The notes beneath the pieces were generated by a model that was not told the DNA's origin, searched no databases, and saw only the letters and a list, made by a program, of their open reading frames with translations. From assembly GCA_031422435.1 (NCBI GenBank), contig JANPLU010000112.1, forward strand, positions 1 through 64,000: DNA of 64,000 nt, in the 5' to 3' direction. This DNA is from Acaryochloridaceae cyanobacterium VAR_48_metabat_390. GTDB taxonomy: Bacteria > Cyanobacteriota > Cyanobacteriia > Thermosynechococcales > Thermosynechococcaceae. The position numbers and the translations under genes were made by a program. Shown piece by piece: positions 62,618-64,000 of the stretch (within the stretch, counting starts at the first letter, position 1; every line of letters starts with the position of its first letter).

Positions 62618-63550
62618 CTATGGTGTGGACTCATACTCTTCGTCAATTTCTTCTGACATCTTTTTTATATGCTTAACTTGTTCATGCAGAAAAGATGCAA
62701 AAATATAAGCATCTTCATCATTTAGTTTTGAATTTTTCTTGCATTTAAAATATTGTTCTAGCTCAGTCATAGGATATATGACTTTTTTGTAGTGGTAATT
62801 AATTGACTCACAAGCATCCCATTCTCCTCTCTTTACGAGTTCTACCTTGAATTTTTCAATACATTCTTTGATTAACTGAAGTGAAGAATTTCCGAGATTA
62901 TATCTTTTGCTGTGATAAGTCGCCTCAAGCACTTTGCCAAAATGGTAGTTTAACGTAGTTGGGAGTAAATCAGCTAACTCGGTACCTCTATGTTTATTTC
63001 TATGTTCCATTTCTTGATTTTCTAATTCAGTAATTACCTTTTTTAGGACTTCACCCAGATATTGTTTTTGTATTTTAATTAAATTGGGGATGTCAACGGG
63101 AATCATTTCATCGTCTCTGTCATCTGAATATACAATCGTCAAATCAAAGTTTGTAGGAGAAATTGATATCCTTGTAATGAAGCATGACTTTAAAAGCTTA
63201 TTTTCTTTTTGTTGACCTGGATGCCCAGCAGCGCTATTTCTGATAATTCTGATATGCTCTAAATCTGTTGGAAGTTCAACCTTTATCCCTAAAGAAGCAC
63301 CAATATTTTTAGCGGCATCTTGCTGTAGAAGTAGAGTCTGCAAAATTCCATAAATAATGAGATAACTAGCTCCATTGTCTTGCGTATTGCACAAGCTTGG
63401 ATATGATAAGATAGCTAGCTCTGTGTCGCCAATCAAATCTAGTGAGCTACATAATTTATTCCATTCAGAAGAATCTAAAAGTAGAGCTGATTGTTTCCTG
63501 CCGCTGTTAATAAAATCTCTTATTCGTTCCTCAAGTTGAGATATCGTCAT
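62618..63550 (-). CDS. AT-rich hypothetical protein with HEPN-like RxxxxxH motif
   Basis: 310 aa, predominantly helical-looking, IRIIRNSAAGHP. Confidence 0.7.
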   Translation of the reverse strand: MTISQLEERIRDFINSGRKQSALLLDSSEWNKLCSSLDLIGDTELAILSYPSLCNTQDNGASYLIIYGILQTLLLQQDAAKNIGASLGIKVELPTDLEHIRIIRNSAAGHPGQQKENKLLKSCFITRISISPTNFDLTIVYSDDRDDEMIPVDIPNLIKIQKQYLGEVLKKVITELENQEMEHRNKHRGTELADLLPTTLNYHFGKVLEATYHSKRYNLGNSSLQLIKECIEKFKVELVKRGEWDACESINYHYKKVIYPMTELEQYFKCKKNSKLNDEDAYIFASFLHEQVKHIKKMSEEIDEEYESTP

Positions 63551-63732
63551 GTTTTATAGCATTAAAGTGTGACAAGGATTAGAGAGCTAGCTCAATGTTA
63601 AGGGAAGCCATGCGCAGGCTTTAGGTTGTGCTTTCACAACCTAAGTCATGCTGAAGCGACTCATATACAATTAATGTGGACAAAAGGTAACGAATCTGAA
63701 CCTGCTTAGCAAAGGCGCTCTATAACTGGCTT

Positions 63733-64000
63733 ATGTCTTACCCCCTCCACGTCGCATTTATCTGGCATCAACATCAGCCCCTCTACAAAAGCTGTATTAC
63801 CGGACAGTATCATCTGCCCTGGGTGCGTCTGCATGGGGTCAAAGACTATCTAGACCTAATCCTGCTGCTCGAAAAGTATCCCAAACTGCACCAGACCGTG
63901 AACCTTGTGCCGTCCCTGATGCTGCAAATCGAAGATTATGTTGAAGGCAAAGCGATCGATCCTTACCTCGCGGCAACCCTCACCCCGCCCGATCAGTTTA
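63733..64000 (+). CDS. Glycoside hydrolase family 57 (runs off window end)
   Basis: MSYPLHVAFIWHQHQPLY...LPWVRLHGVKDY...NLVPSL, translated by hand. Confidence 0.9.
   Translation, partial: MSYPLHVAFIWHQHQPLYKSCITGQYHLPWVRLHGVKDYLDLILLLEKYPKLHQTVNLVPSLMLQIEDYVEGKAIDPYLAATLTPPDQF

Overview
Core chromosomal segment of a cyanobacterium (psbB/psbT/psbM, chlB, cyAbrB, glnB, aar, frequent HIP1 GCGATCGC octamers). It is mostly housekeeping genes: gnd, ftsEX, rseP-nth-rpsN, coaD, lysS, purE-alr-phr, aar-accA-SDR-folE, aroE, glnB, acnB, cobQ, tyrA, nei, leuC, plus three tRNAs (Lys-CTT, Ala-CGC, Val-GAC). Highlights: (1) a dense cluster of about 8 DnaA boxes at 376-531, a candidate oriC lying between a DUF2811 gene and gnd rather than beside dnaA/dnaN; (2) a five-gene, mostly translationally coupled arsenosugar-type operon (arsM-arsS-GT2-DedA-flavin disulfide reductase that is not a true MerA); (3) decayed islands at tRNA-Lys and tRNA-Val, the latter with an integrase stub, a probable toxin remnant with its orphan partner, and an AT-rich HEPN-motif gene; (4) aar without an adjacent ado; (5) an SbtA-like/PII-like pair whose PII protein ends in CxxC; (6) a family of ~130-140 bp MITE-like repeats, one with a nested mini-repeat. 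No CRISPR array, rRNA or intact transposase was seen. All family calls come from motif recognition by eye, not from database searches.
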